Assembly (NCBI GenBank): GCA_964485275.1
Contig: CAZAIZ010000001.1
Span: forward strand, 1-31,009
Direction: 5' to 3'
Source of the DNA: an uncultured Pedosphaera sp.
Lineage (GTDB): Bacteria > Verrucomicrobiota > Verrucomicrobiia > Limisphaerales > UBA1100
Length of the DNA stretch: 31,009 nt
Position 1 is the stretch's first letter, and each line of letters begins with the position of its first letter. The notes under the pieces are model-generated. The model saw only the letters and a program-made list of their open reading frames with translations. It made no database searches and had not been told where the DNA came from. Positions 19,341 to 28,783 of this stretch are shown here, piece by piece. The position numbers were made by a program, and so were the translations under genes.

Positions 19341-19372
19341 GCTCCGGGCGACAGTGATCCCGGGGCTTTTTT
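19341..19372 (+). terminator. Intrinsic terminator-like element between rpsG and fusA
   Basis: GCTCCGGG-N10-CCCGGGGC followed by TTTTTT. Confidence 0.6.
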
Positions 19373-19387
19373 GGTAGTTGAGATAGA

Positions 19388-21553
19388 ATGGAATTAGCAA
19401 TCGAAAGAGATGTTAGTGCGATAAATTCGCCAGACCGCGAGTATACGCTGGAGCGTACTCGTAATATTGGCATTGCTGCGCATATAGATGCAGGTAAAAC
19501 GACTACTACCGAGAGGATTCTCTTTTACACAGGTCTTTGTCATAAAATAGGGGAGGTGCACGATGGCAACACCGTTACTGACTGGATGGAGCAGGAGCGA
19601 GAACGGGGCATTACCATTACTTCTGCGGCTACCACCTGCTTTTGGAAACAAGCAGAGGATGGAACGACCAAGTTGTGGTCTGAGGTCGGTCATCGTGTTA
19701 ATATTATTGATACTCCCGGTCATGTTGACTTTACCGCGGAAGTGGAAAGGTCCATGCGCGTTTTGGATGGGGCTGTAGCGGTTTTTTGTGGAGTTGCCGG
19801 AGTCCAACCTCAGTCTGAGACTGTTTGGCGGCAGGCTACCAAATACGGAGTTCCTCGGATTGCCTTTGTCAACAAGATGGATCGCACCGGTGCGGATTTT
19901 GGGAATGTGGTCGCAGAAATGCGTGACCGCCTTGGAGCACCTGCGTTTTCAGTAGGGATTCCGCTTGGAGCCGAGGAAGATCTCAGGGGCGTACTTGACG
20001 TGGTAAACCAAAAGGCCCTGATGTACGATCCTGCTGATGAATTTGGATCCCGGATTCTGGTTGAGGATATTCCGGAAGATCTCAAGGCTGATGCAGAAGC
20101 CGCACTAGCTGATCTGGTGGAGGCCGTTGGGGATCGAGACGATCAGGTTATGGGGTTACTTTTAGACGAAGAGCCCGTGGACGCGGTGACCCTCAAGCAA
20201 GCTATTCGTCGACTGACGATTGCTGGTGAGTTTGTTCCAGTCCTCGGCGGGTCAGCATTCAAGAACAGGGGGGTTCAACCGTTGGTGGACGCGGTGGTTG
20301 ATTATCTTCCTTCACCCCTTGATGTGGCGGTGCAATCTGGGGCAGATCCAGATAATGCAGATGAAATAACAGAGTTTCCTGCTGATGATAACGGCAAGTT
20401 CTGTTCGCTGGCTTTCAAGCTGTGGACGGACCCTTTTGCAGGTAAATTGGTCTTTTTCCGCGTGTACAGCGGGCAGATTAGCAAGGGTCAAATGATTTAT
20501 AATCCACGTACCCGCAGGAAGGAACGTGTAAATCGGATCATGATGATTCAGGCCGATAAACAGGAGAATGTTGAGACGGTTTATGCGGGGGATATTGCTG
20601 CCTTGGTAGGTATCCGTAATATAACTACAGGTGATACCCTCTGTACACCGGACATAGATGTTTGCCTTGAGCCGCCGACATTTCCTGAGCCAGTGATTTC
20701 CATGGCCATTGAGCCCGATACCAAGGCCGATCAAGAAAAGATGGGAGCGGGACTACAAGCTCTGTCTGAAGAAGATCCTACTTTTAACTGCTATACTGAT
20801 CAGGAGACCGGGCAGACTTTGATAGCCGGAATGGGAGAGTTGCATCTTGAAATTATCCGCGATCGGTTGTTCCGCGAGTTTAAGGTTGAAGCGCAGGCGG
20901 GGGCTCCTCAGATTGCCTATCGTGAAACGATAACTGTTTCGGCTGAAGGACGTGGTTTGTTCAAGAAACAGTCTGGTGGTCGTGGTCAGTACGGCGATGC
21001 TACAATTACCATTGAACCAAATGAGTGTGGTGCCGGTGTGGAGATTGAAAGCAAAATTGTAGGTGGCGCAATTCCCCGCGAATACATTCCGGCGGTGGAG
21101 AAAGGTATTCAGGAAACGATTCAAAGCGGTGTGCTGGCAGGGTATGAGATGATCGACCTTAAGGTGGCCATCATAGATGGCTCCTACCACGAAGTGGATT
21201 CGAGTGAAATTGCTTTCAAAATGGCCGGCATCCTGGCGATGAAAGAGGCTGTAAGCAAGGCCAGAGCAGTTTTATTAGAGCCAATGATGAAGGTAGAATC
21301 TACCACGCCTAGCGAATATCAGGGTGATATTATTGGTGACATGAATCGGCGCCGGGGAGTGGTGCAAAGCATTGACACAAAAAATTCGGGAACCGTAATT
21401 ACAGCAAAGATACCTTTAGCAACGATGTTTGGCTATGCCACTGATATCCGCTCCCTTTCCAGTGGTCGAGCTTCCTATTCAATGGAGCCGGATACTTTTG
21501 AGCAGGTACCCAACTCGATCTCTGAGGAAATTTTAGATAAGGCCAGAAAGTAA
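19388..21553 (+). CDS. fusA: Elongation factor G
   Basis: [46 protein letters not shown]. Confidence 0.99.
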   Translation: MELAIERDVSAINSPDREYTLERTRNIGIAAHIDAGKTTTTERILFYTGLCHKIGEVHDGNTVTDWMEQERERGITITSAATTCFWKQAEDGTTKLWSEVGHRVNIIDTPGHVDFTAEVERSMRVLDGAVAVFCGVAGVQPQSETVWRQATKYGVPRIAFVNKMDRTGADFGNVVAEMRDRLGAPAFSVGIPLGAEEDLRGVLDVVNQKALMYDPADEFGSRILVEDIPEDLKADAEAALADLVEAVGDRDDQVMGLLLDEEPVDAVTLKQAIRRLTIAGEFVPVLGGSAFKNRGVQPLVDAVVDYLPSPLDVAVQSGADPDNADEITEFPADDNGKFCSLAFKLWTDPFAGKLVFFRVYSGQISKGQMIYNPRTRRKERVNRIMMIQADKQENVETVYAGDIAALVGIRNITTGDTLCTPDIDVCLEPPTFPEPVISMAIEPDTKADQEKMGAGLQALSEEDPTFNCYTDQETGQTLIAGMGELHLEIIRDRLFREFKVEAQAGAPQIAYRETITVSAEGRGLFKKQSGGRGQYGDATITIEPNECGAGVEIESKIVGGAIPREYIPAVEKGIQETIQSGVLAGYEMIDLKVAIIDGSYHEVDSSEIAFKMAGILAMKEAVSKARAVLLEPMMKVESTTPSEYQGDIIGDMNRRRGVVQSIDTKNSGTVITAKIPLATMFGYATDIRSLSSGRASYSMEPDTFEQVPNSISEEILDKARK

Positions 21554-21565
21554 GGAAACCAGAGC

Positions 21566-21880
21566 ATGCCAGCAGGACAACAAATTCGAATACGGCTAAA
21601 GGGGTTTGATCACCGCGTTTTGGACCGGTCGTCTACAGAGATTGTGGAGACGGTTAAGCGGACCGGTAGTCGTGTTGCAGGCCCTATTCCTTTGCCGACG
21701 CGTCGGGAGCGTTTCACCATGACTCGTTCGCCGCACGTGAACAAAAAGAGTCAGGAAACCTTTGAACAGCGTACTCATAAGCGCTTGATTGATATTATGG
21801 AGCCCACCCCCGCTACAGTTGATGAGCTTAAGAAGCTCAATTTGCCGGCTGGGGTGGATATTAACATCAAGATTTTTTAG
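21566..21880 (+). CDS. rpsJ: 30S ribosomal protein S10
   Basis: [32 protein letters not shown]. Confidence 0.99.
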   Translation: MPAGQQIRIRLKGFDHRVLDRSSTEIVETVKRTGSRVAGPIPLPTRRERFTMTRSPHVNKKSQETFEQRTHKRLIDIMEPTPATVDELKKLNLPAGVDINIKIF

Positions 21881-21884
21881 GGAA

Positions 21885-22538
21885 ATGATCGGTCTGATAG
21901 GAAAAAAACTGGGGCAAACGCGCGTGTTTGATGCAGACGGCAAAGCTGTGTGCGTTACTGTGGTGCATGCTGGGCCGAACCGTGTTGTGCAGATCAAAAA
22001 CGACGAGGGACCTGACGGCTATAATGCAGTGCAGCTGGGATACGATGACCAGGCTAAGCCTGCCAAGCGCACGGCCAAGCCTTTAAGGGTACATTTTGAG
22101 AAGCATGGCAGTCAGGTCACGAAACTAATCAAGGAATTCCGTGATTTTTCACTCGAAGTGAAAGCGGGTGATGTCGTGCCTTTGTCGGTATTCGAGGTCG
22201 GCGATTATGTGGATGCCATTGCCGACACCAAGGGACGGGGCTTTCAGGGAGTCATGAAACGTTGGAACTTCGGAGGTGGTCCCGCGAGTCATGGCCACGG
22301 TGGTTTTACTCGACGCCCTGGTGGTATTGGTGCCTGTGCGACGCCTGGTTGGGTTGATAAGGGAAAGAAAATGCCGGGTCATATGGGACAAGAACGACGT
22401 ACGGTACAGAATTTGGAAATCATTCAGGTGCGTGAAGAGGATAACGTACTCCTGATTAAAGGAGCGATTCCTGGTTCTAAGGGTGACTATGTGGTCATTC
22501 GTCAGGCAATCAAACGCACTAAGCCGGCGAAGGTGTAA
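21885..22538 (+). CDS. rplC: 50S ribosomal protein L3
   Basis: GKKLGQT, GYNAVQLG, KGRGFQGVMKRW, KKMPGHMG; ATG 21885. Confidence 0.99.
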   Translation: MIGLIGKKLGQTRVFDADGKAVCVTVVHAGPNRVVQIKNDEGPDGYNAVQLGYDDQAKPAKRTAKPLRVHFEKHGSQVTKLIKEFRDFSLEVKAGDVVPLSVFEVGDYVDAIADTKGRGFQGVMKRWNFGGGPASHGHGGFTRRPGGIGACATPGWVDKGKKMPGHMGQERRTVQNLEIIQVREEDNVLLIKGAIPGSKGDYVVIRQAIKRTKPAKV

Positions 22539-22552
22539 TGAGGTAGGATGAC

Positions 22553-23188
22553 ATGGAACTTGATGTAAAAACACTTTCCGGCGATGCCTCTGGCAAGGTT
22601 GCTGTCGGCTTCGAGATGATTGAAGGCAGTAAAGGCAATCAGGCGGTCCACGATGCAGTTGTTGCCCACATGGCTGCTCAAAGAAGTGGGACAGCCAAAA
22701 CCAAGGACCGTGGAGAGGTCAGTGGGACAGGTAAAAAGCCATGGCGGCAAAAGGGTACAGGGCGAGCACGTACAGGTTCGCGTCGTACCAATATTTTTTC
22801 GGGGGGTGGTGTTGCGCACGGACCACATCCGCGTGACTATTGCAAAAAGGTTAATACAAAAACTCGTCAACTTGCCCTGCGCAAGGCTCTTAGTGAGCGC
22901 ATCAAGGATGACGAAATAGTAGTGGTAGACAGTCTAAAACTTGAATCTCACAAAACCAAGGATTTGCACGCGCAAATTGAGGCGCTTGCACCAAAGGGTA
23001 CCGTCCTGCTCGTCACTGGCGAAGCCGACGGTAACCTTTCCTTGGCAGCCCGTAATATTCCGTTGGTTCAGCTGGTCGAGGCTGATTGTCTGAATACCTA
23101 TGAAGTACTGCGACCAGACGTAATAATTATTTCCAAGGATGGTCTTGAAAAAGTGGCTGCCCGACTTAACCCGACCAAAGACCAATGA
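22553..23188 (+). CDS. rplD: 50S ribosomal protein L4
   Basis: RGEVSGTGKKPWRQKGTGRAR, GGGVAHGP.PR. Confidence 0.99.
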   Translation: MELDVKTLSGDASGKVAVGFEMIEGSKGNQAVHDAVVAHMAAQRSGTAKTKDRGEVSGTGKKPWRQKGTGRARTGSRRTNIFSGGGVAHGPHPRDYCKKVNTKTRQLALRKALSERIKDDEIVVVDSLKLESHKTKDLHAQIEALAPKGTVLLVTGEADGNLSLAARNIPLVQLVEADCLNTYEVLRPDVIIISKDGLEKVAARLNPTKDQ

Positions 23189-23505
23189 ATTCATTTACTG
23201 TAATCAAGGGTTTGATCGACACTGAGAAAACGCAGCACTTGAAGGACCTCTTCAATAGCCGGCGGTCAAAGGGGATGAAAGAAGAAGTGGCCCGTAAATA
23301 CACACTGCAGGTGGATGTGCGTGCTAATAAACACCAGATCCGGCAGGCGGTTGAGGAAATGTTTCCAAAGGTTAAAGTGGCGTCGGTAAACACCGCCCGG
23401 ATGATTGGAAGAACCAAACGTGCTCGCACCAAGATGGCCGGTAGCACAGCAGAGCGAAAGAAGGCTGTGATTACTCTCAAGGAGGGGGAAATCGAACTCT
23501 TGTAA
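23185..23505 (+). CDS. rplW: 50S ribosomal protein L23 (with insertion)
   Basis: TEK, KY...V...ANKHQI..AVE, V.SVNT, KKAVITL; position in S10 operon. Confidence 0.95.
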   Translation: MNSFTVIKGLIDTEKTQHLKDLFNSRRSKGMKEEVARKYTLQVDVRANKHQIRQAVEEMFPKVKVASVNTARMIGRTKRARTKMAGSTAERKKAVITLKEGEIELL

Positions 23506-23517
23506 GGAGAATTTAAT

Positions 23518-24387
23518 ATGCCTATCCGTTCCTACAAGCCAGTGACTCCCTCGCAACGCTACATTAAGCGATCGACCTTTGAGGAGATCACGAAAACCAA
23601 GCCCGAGAAATCTCTGGTAAAGACCAAGAAGAAGACCGGTGGTCGCAATAGTGATGGGCATATCACCATGCGGGGACTGGGAGGCGGGGCAAAACAGAAG
23701 ATTAGAAATGTCGATTTCCGCCGCCGCTTTGCGCGGGATAAATACGGGCCTGGTGCCACCGTGGAAGGCAAGGTGATCGCCATAGAATATGACCCCATTC
23801 GTTCTGCGCGAATAGCGCTTGTGGAATACGCTGATCAAGAGAAGCGTTATGTTATTGCAGCCAAGGGAATGGAAGTGGGCGGTAAGATTTTTAGTGGGCC
23901 GGATGCGGAGCCTGAACCCGGCAATGCTTTGCCTTTAAGCAACATTCCTCCCGGGACGGTCATTCATAATATCGAACTCTCCCAAGGCAAAGGGGGTCAG
24001 ATCGTTCGTGCAGCTGGAAGTTCAGCTACAGTGATGGCGAGTGATAAAAATTACGCACAAATAAAACTGCCTTCGGGTGAGATTCGTCGAGTAAACGCGA
24101 GTTGCTGGGCTACTGTTGGTGTGGTTGGTAACGCGGATCATGAAAAACAGGTGATCGGCAAGGCGGGCAACACCCGCCATCGAGGGCGACGAGGAATTAC
24201 TCGTGCAGTGGCGAAGAATCCCGTGGATCACCCGATGGGTGGCGGTGAAGCCAAGACCTCCGGTGGAGGGCATCCTGTAACTCCTTGGGGTGTAATTACC
24301 AAGGGATACAAGACTCGTTCCAAGAAGAAATACTCAAACAAATTTATTCTCGTTCGTCGTGATGGACGGCCGATGAAACGGAAGTAA
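23518..24387 (+). CDS. rplB: 50S ribosomal protein L2
   Basis: [32 protein letters not shown]. Confidence 0.99.
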   Translation: MPIRSYKPVTPSQRYIKRSTFEEITKTKPEKSLVKTKKKTGGRNSDGHITMRGLGGGAKQKIRNVDFRRRFARDKYGPGATVEGKVIAIEYDPIRSARIALVEYADQEKRYVIAAKGMEVGGKIFSGPDAEPEPGNALPLSNIPPGTVIHNIELSQGKGGQIVRAAGSSATVMASDKNYAQIKLPSGEIRRVNASCWATVGVVGNADHEKQVIGKAGNTRHRGRRGITRAVAKNPVDHPMGGGEAKTSGGGHPVTPWGVITKGYKTRSKKKYSNKFILVRRDGRPMKRK

Positions 24388-24393
24388 GCAAGC

Positions 24394-24672
24394 ATGGCAC
24401 GTTCAATAAAAAAGGGTTTCTACACCGATGCTAAACTTCAGGGCAAGGTGATGAAGGCCAAGGAGAGTGGCTCCTCCAAGCCGATCAAGACCTGGTCTCG
24501 AAGAAGTACTATTATGCCTGAATTCGTCGGACTTACGTTTAACGTGCACAATGGGAGAGCATTTTTGCCCGTGTATGTGAGTGAAAACATGGTAGGGCAC
24601 AAGCTCGGTGAGTTTTCTCCAACCCGACAGTTTAAAGGCCACAGTGCTCATGTGAAACGAGAAGTTAAGTAG
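24394..24672 (+). CDS. rpsS: 30S ribosomal protein S19
   Basis: [24 protein letters not shown]. Confidence 0.99.
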   Translation: MARSIKKGFYTDAKLQGKVMKAKESGSSKPIKTWSRRSTIMPEFVGLTFNVHNGRAFLPVYVSENMVGHKLGEFSPTRQFKGHSAHVKREVK

Positions 24673-24673
24673 T

Positions 24674-25159
24674 ATGAAGATTACCTCCACAAGCCGCAAT
24701 GTACGGATGTCGCCGAAAAAGGTTCGCGAGGTCACGCGCCAAATATCGGGCTTGCCGGTGGCACGGGCAAAAGCGGTGCTGGCCAATATTCCCAGAAAGT
24801 CTGCACAGCTCGTTTCTCAGACCCTGAATACAGCTATTGCAGATGCAGAGCACATCAGTGCCAATTGGAATGAGGCAGACGTACAGAATCGTGTGGCTGA
24901 AATTAAGGAAAAGATAAATAACAAAACCACCGACAAGGGTACATTGGCGCGCAAGTATCGTCATTTGAAAGCAGAGCTTGTGCGTTTGGAGGAATATCTG
25001 GATTCGGAGAATAAATTGGCTGCAGACACTCTTGTCATCAAGGAAGCCATGACCGGAGCAGGGACCCCACTGCGTCGTTGGCGTACTCGGGCCCGAGGTG
25101 GTGGCACACCTATTATCAAGCGGACTAGCCATATTCGAATCACACTTTCTGATGAGTAA
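24674..25159 (+). CDS. rplV: 50S ribosomal protein L22 with ~51-aa internal insertion
   Basis: RMSPKKVR at the N-terminus, RARG...IIKRTSHI at the C-terminus; position rpsS-rplV-rpsC; 161 aa versus ~110 typical. Confidence 0.95.
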   Translation: MKITSTSRNVRMSPKKVREVTRQISGLPVARAKAVLANIPRKSAQLVSQTLNTAIADAEHISANWNEADVQNRVAEIKEKINNKTTDKGTLARKYRHLKAELVRLEEYLDSENKLAADTLVIKEAMTGAGTPLRRWRTRARGGGTPIIKRTSHIRITLSDE

Positions 25160-25164
25160 ACAAA

Positions 25165-25842
25165 ATGGGAAATAAATCTAATCCAATCGGGCTCCGTCTG
25201 GCAGTGAATAAGGACTGGGCTTCTAAATGGTACTCAGACAAGAAAGGCTTTGCTTGTTTTCTTGCTGAAGACCGGGCGATTCGTGAGCTGTTAAAAAGCA
25301 AACTTTCTGGTGCAGCCGTGACCAAGATTCTGATTGAACGTGCTACCCAGCGAGTGCGTATAAAGATTCTAACGGCTCGTCCGGGTGTTGTGATTGGTCG
25401 ACGTGGAGCTGAGATCGATAAAATTAAGGAGCAACTCGCCCGCATGACCGGCAAAGAGGTTTATGTGGATATACAAGAGATTCGTAAGCCGGAAATTGAT
25501 GCCCAACTAGTTGCTGAGAATGTGGCCCAACAACTCGAACGACGTATAGCCTTTCGTCGCGCCATGAAGCGGTCGGTTCAAATGGCCATGGATTTTGGGG
25601 CCGAAGGAATTCGAATTCGGTGTGCCGGTCGGCTTGGTGGCTCGGAAATTGCGCGAACCGAACAGTATCTAGAAGGAAGGGTGCCTCTTCATACATTACG
25701 GGCAAATATTGATTATGGCTTCACCGAAGCCAAAACCAAGGCCGGTATACTCGGTATTAAGTGTTGGGTTTGTACAGGTGAGGATAAACCTTCCAACAGG
25801 GCAGAAGAAGTGATTGAGACAGGTGCAGTAGAGAGCAAGTAA
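25165..25842 (+). CDS. rpsC: 30S ribosomal protein S3
   Basis: [35 protein letters not shown]. Confidence 0.99.
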   Translation: MGNKSNPIGLRLAVNKDWASKWYSDKKGFACFLAEDRAIRELLKSKLSGAAVTKILIERATQRVRIKILTARPGVVIGRRGAEIDKIKEQLARMTGKEVYVDIQEIRKPEIDAQLVAENVAQQLERRIAFRRAMKRSVQMAMDFGAEGIRIRCAGRLGGSEIARTEQYLEGRVPLHTLRANIDYGFTEAKTKAGILGIKCWVCTGEDKPSNRAEEVIETGAVESK

Positions 25843-25858
25843 GCGAAAGAAAAGATTC

Positions 25859-26269
25859 ATGGCAAATGAAATTCCAGCACGAGTAAAATACCGCAAGATG
25901 CATCGAGGTAGTCGTGCGGGCATTGCTTGGAGAGGCTCGGATGTATCTTTTGGTGAGTATGGTTTGCAGGCACTTGATCGGGCTTGGATTACCACCCGTC
26001 AAATCGAAGCTTGCCGTCAAACTATTACGCGTAAAATGAAACGGCGTGGTAAAGTTTGGATTCGGATTTTTCCCCAGAAATCGTACACCAAGAAACCATT
26101 GGAAGTACGGATGGGTAAAGGTAAGGCAGCCGTGGAGGGGTGGGTGGCGGTAGTGCGTCCAGCAACCATGCTTTTTGAAATTTCGGGAGTGAGCGAGAGT
26201 CTTGCTAAGGAGGCGTTGGCCCTTGCCGCTGCAAAATTGCCGATTAAAACCAGAATGATTAAGCGCTAG
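25859..26269 (+). CDS. rplP: 50S ribosomal protein L16
   Basis: [26 protein letters not shown]. Confidence 0.99.
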   Translation: MANEIPARVKYRKMHRGSRAGIAWRGSDVSFGEYGLQALDRAWITTRQIEACRQTITRKMKRRGKVWIRIFPQKSYTKKPLEVRMGKGKAAVEGWVAVVRPATMLFEISGVSESLAKEALALAAAKLPIKTRMIKR

Positions 26270-26271
26270 CT

Positions 26272-26526
26272 ATGAAGATGAGCGAAATTGTAGAGATGCC
26301 CCCAGTGGAGCTGCAGGTCAAAGGGCGAGATCTCCGGCAGGAGTTGTTTAATTTGAATCTACAGAAATCGATTGGGACTCTGGAGAAATCTCACCGGATA
26401 GGGCAGCTGCGCAAGGATATCGCCCGTGTTGAGACTGCCTTGAATGCTAGAAAGAAGGCTGCAAAGGCTACTCTGGATAGTGGAGTTGAGATAGCTGCAA
26501 CCTCCGGAGAAAACGCCGCCACATAG
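26272..26526 (+). CDS. rpmC: 50S ribosomal protein L29 with C-terminal tail
   Basis: ELFNL, LEKSHRI..LRKDIAR..T; position rplP-rpmC-rpsQ. Confidence 0.96.
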   Translation: MKMSEIVEMPPVELQVKGRDLRQELFNLNLQKSIGTLEKSHRIGQLRKDIARVETALNARKKAAKATLDSGVEIAATSGENAAT

Positions 26527-26548
26527 TTGAATCTAATTTGATCAAAGC

Positions 26549-26806
26549 ATGAGTGAAACGACAGAGAAACACCGTAAGCAGAGACAGGGCGAAGTGGTCT
26601 CGAATAAATCTGATAAGACCATAGTGGTTAAGGTGAAGCACCGAATTCGTCATCCTCTGTATAAGAAGGTGGTAACGCGTTACAAAAAGTTTTACGCCCA
26701 TGACGAGCAGAACGCGGCAAAGATTGGGGATGCGGTCCGTATTCAGGAGTGCAGGCCGCTTTCCAAGCTTAAACGCTGGGAATTGATAGAGGTTGTCGGA
26801 AACTAA
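26549..26806 (+). CDS. rpsQ: 30S ribosomal protein S17
   Basis: G.VVS.K.DKTIVV, HPLYKK, AHDE.N, RPLSK.KRW. Confidence 0.99.
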   Translation: MSETTEKHRKQRQGEVVSNKSDKTIVVKVKHRIRHPLYKKVVTRYKKFYAHDEQNAAKIGDAVRIQECRPLSKLKRWELIEVVGN

Positions 26807-26829
26807 TTAGGACCGTAGGGATTTAAGAA

Positions 26830-27198
26830 ATGTTGCAGTTACGTTCAGTTTGTGATGTGGCCGATAACACGGGAGCAAAACGTGCGGCTATAATTGGTGT
26901 GCTTGGCGAAGCCAAGCGGTTCGGCGAAATAGGTGATATTGTGAAGGCGCATATCAAGGAAGCGGCTCCAGACGGTACTGTGAAAAAAAGTGAAGTGGTA
27001 GACGCGGTGGTTGTTAGGACACGTAAAGCCATTCGTCGTGCTGATGGGTCATACCTGCGTTTTGACAACAACGCTGTGGTGATTATAGACAAGGAAGGGA
27101 CTCCTCGTGGGACACGAATTTTTGGCCCTGTTGCTCGTGAATTAAGGGAACAAAAAAAGTTCATGAAAATCATCTCTTTAGCCCCGGAGGTTCTGTAA
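26830..27198 (+). CDS. rplN: 50S ribosomal protein L14
   Basis: [38 protein letters not shown]. Confidence 0.99.
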   Translation: MLQLRSVCDVADNTGAKRAAIIGVLGEAKRFGEIGDIVKAHIKEAAPDGTVKKSEVVDAVVVRTRKAIRRADGSYLRFDNNAVVIIDKEGTPRGTRIFGPVARELREQKKFMKIISLAPEVL

Positions 27199-27554
27199 TG
27201 AGTGCAAAAAAAGAGAGACGAATTCAAAAGGACGACGAGGTATATATTTTATCCGGTGAACATGCTGAGAGGAACGGAAAGGTGATACGGTTGTTACGCG
27301 AATCCAACCGGGTTGAAATTGAGATTGAAGGTTTGGACGACAGCGAAAAGATCATCAAGCATCAGCGTAGAAGCCAGGAATTTCCGAACGGCACCAAGCT
27401 TTATCTTAATCCGACGGTTCATGTGTCCAATGTCATGAAGCAGAGTAGATGGGATGAACGCCAAGGCAGCAAAGCAAAGTCGTCACCAGAAGAAAAGGCT
27501 GCAAAGGCTTCAGATGGAAAAACAAAAAAGTCGAAAGTCGTAGAATCCGAATAA
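27198..27554 (+). CDS. rplX: 50S ribosomal protein L24 (divergent)
   Basis: KDDEV.ILSG...GKV, KHQRRSQ.FPNG, P.VHVSNVM; position rplN-rplX-rplE. Confidence 0.9.
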   Translation: MSAKKERRIQKDDEVYILSGEHAERNGKVIRLLRESNRVEIEIEGLDDSEKIIKHQRRSQEFPNGTKLYLNPTVHVSNVMKQSRWDERQGSKAKSSPEEKAAKASDGKTKKSKVVESE

Positions 27555-27564
27555 CAAGCTATCA

Positions 27565-28107
27565 ATGAAACCACGACTTCAAAAAAAATATCAGGAGCAG
27601 GTAAAGCCAGTCCTGCAGAGCGAACGGCAGTATAAAAATTTGCATCAGGTCCCAACCATTGAAAAAATTGTTGTCCGCATGGGAGTGGACGCAACCTTGG
27701 AGAAGTCTGCTCTGGATGATGCAGTTAAGGACATGAGCACAATAACCGGTCGCAAACCCGTTATTGATAAAGCACGTAAAGCAGTTTCCAACTTCAAGCT
27801 TAGAATAGGTCAGGCAATTGGTTGTCATGTTACACTGCGTCGTGAAGTGATGTGGGAGTTTCTTGATCGCCTAACCACCGCGGCTTTGCCCCGAATTCGT
27901 GATTTTCGCGGCATTAGCCCCCGGGGTTTTGATGGCAGTGGAAATTATTCCATGGGAGTGAGTGACCAATCCATTTTTCCTGAGGTTGAACTGGATAAGG
28001 TAAAGCGGACTCAAGGTATGGATATCACCATTGTAACTACCGCCAAAACAAACGAAGAAGCAAAGGATTTACTCACCAAGTTGGGGATGCCCTTCGCGAA
28101 AAAGTAA
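27565..28107 (+). CDS. rplE: 50S ribosomal protein L5
   Basis: P.IEKIV..MG, ITGRKP, LPRIRDFRG, FDGSGNY, GMDITIVT. Confidence 0.99.
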   Translation: MKPRLQKKYQEQVKPVLQSERQYKNLHQVPTIEKIVVRMGVDATLEKSALDDAVKDMSTITGRKPVIDKARKAVSNFKLRIGQAIGCHVTLRREVMWEFLDRLTTAALPRIRDFRGISPRGFDGSGNYSMGVSDQSIFPEVELDKVKRTQGMDITIVTTAKTNEEAKDLLTKLGMPFAKK

Positions 28108-28116
28108 GGATAATTT

Positions 28117-28386
28117 ATGGCAAAAAAATCGTGGATCGCGCGTAATAAGAAAAAGCAACGAACAGTTGCCAAGTACGCAGTCAGGCGTGCGGAGCTCAAG
28201 GCAGCTGGAGATTATGAGTCACTTTCACAATTGCCTCGCAACGCTTGTCCGGTGAGGGTGGTTAACAGGTGTGAACTCACTGGTCGCCGACACGGTTTTA
28301 TTCGCAAATTTGGACTCTCACGTATTGCCTTCAGGGAGGCCGCAGTGAGTGGACTGATTCCAGGAGTAACTAAAGCGAGCTGGTAA
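28117..28386 (+). CDS. rpsN: 30S ribosomal protein S14 (89-aa, Zn-independent form)
   Basis: [33 protein letters not shown]; lacks the two CxxC pairs. Confidence 0.98.
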   Translation: MAKKSWIARNKKKQRTVAKYAVRRAELKAAGDYESLSQLPRNACPVRVVNRCELTGRRHGFIRKFGLSRIAFREAAVSGLIPGVTKASW

Positions 28387-28387
28387 A

Positions 28388-28771
28388 ATGGATACGGTAG
28401 CCGACATGTTGACCATTATTCGTAACGCCAATAAGGCGTTAAAACCCCAGGTGTTAATTCGCCACTCCAAGTTGAAGGAGAACGTTGCTCGAATTCTAAA
28501 GCAGGAAGGCTTTATCAGTGACTATTCGGTGGTTGAGGAAACCAAAAAACAATTACAGATTAATTTGAAATTTAAGGCCCGTAAGGGAGTGATTGAGGGA
28601 ATCAAGCGGGTTAGCAAACCTGGGCTGCGCCAATATGTGGGAGTGAATGAAATACCCCGTGTACTGGGTGGGTTAGGAGTGGCCATCATCAGTACCCCGA
28701 AAGGTCTGCTAACCGGGCAAGAAGCTCGCGAACAGAAGGTGGGTGGGGAGGTCTTGGCCCACGTCTGGTAG
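28388..28771 (+). CDS. rpsH: 30S ribosomal protein S8
   Basis: D.VADMLT.IRNA, LKQEGFI, RVSKPGLR.Y, STPKG, GGEVL. Confidence 0.99.
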   Translation: MDTVADMLTIIRNANKALKPQVLIRHSKLKENVARILKQEGFISDYSVVEETKKQLQINLKFKARKGVIEGIKRVSKPGLRQYVGVNEIPRVLGGLGVAIISTPKGLLTGQEAREQKVGGEVLAHVW

Positions 28772-28783
28772 AAAGGAATTACG

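Noticed and set aside
21554-21565. Absence of tuf after fusA and of an S10 leader
   Set aside because: tuf sits upstream near secE and fusA-rpsJ adjacency occurs in many phyla; used only as a lineage hint.
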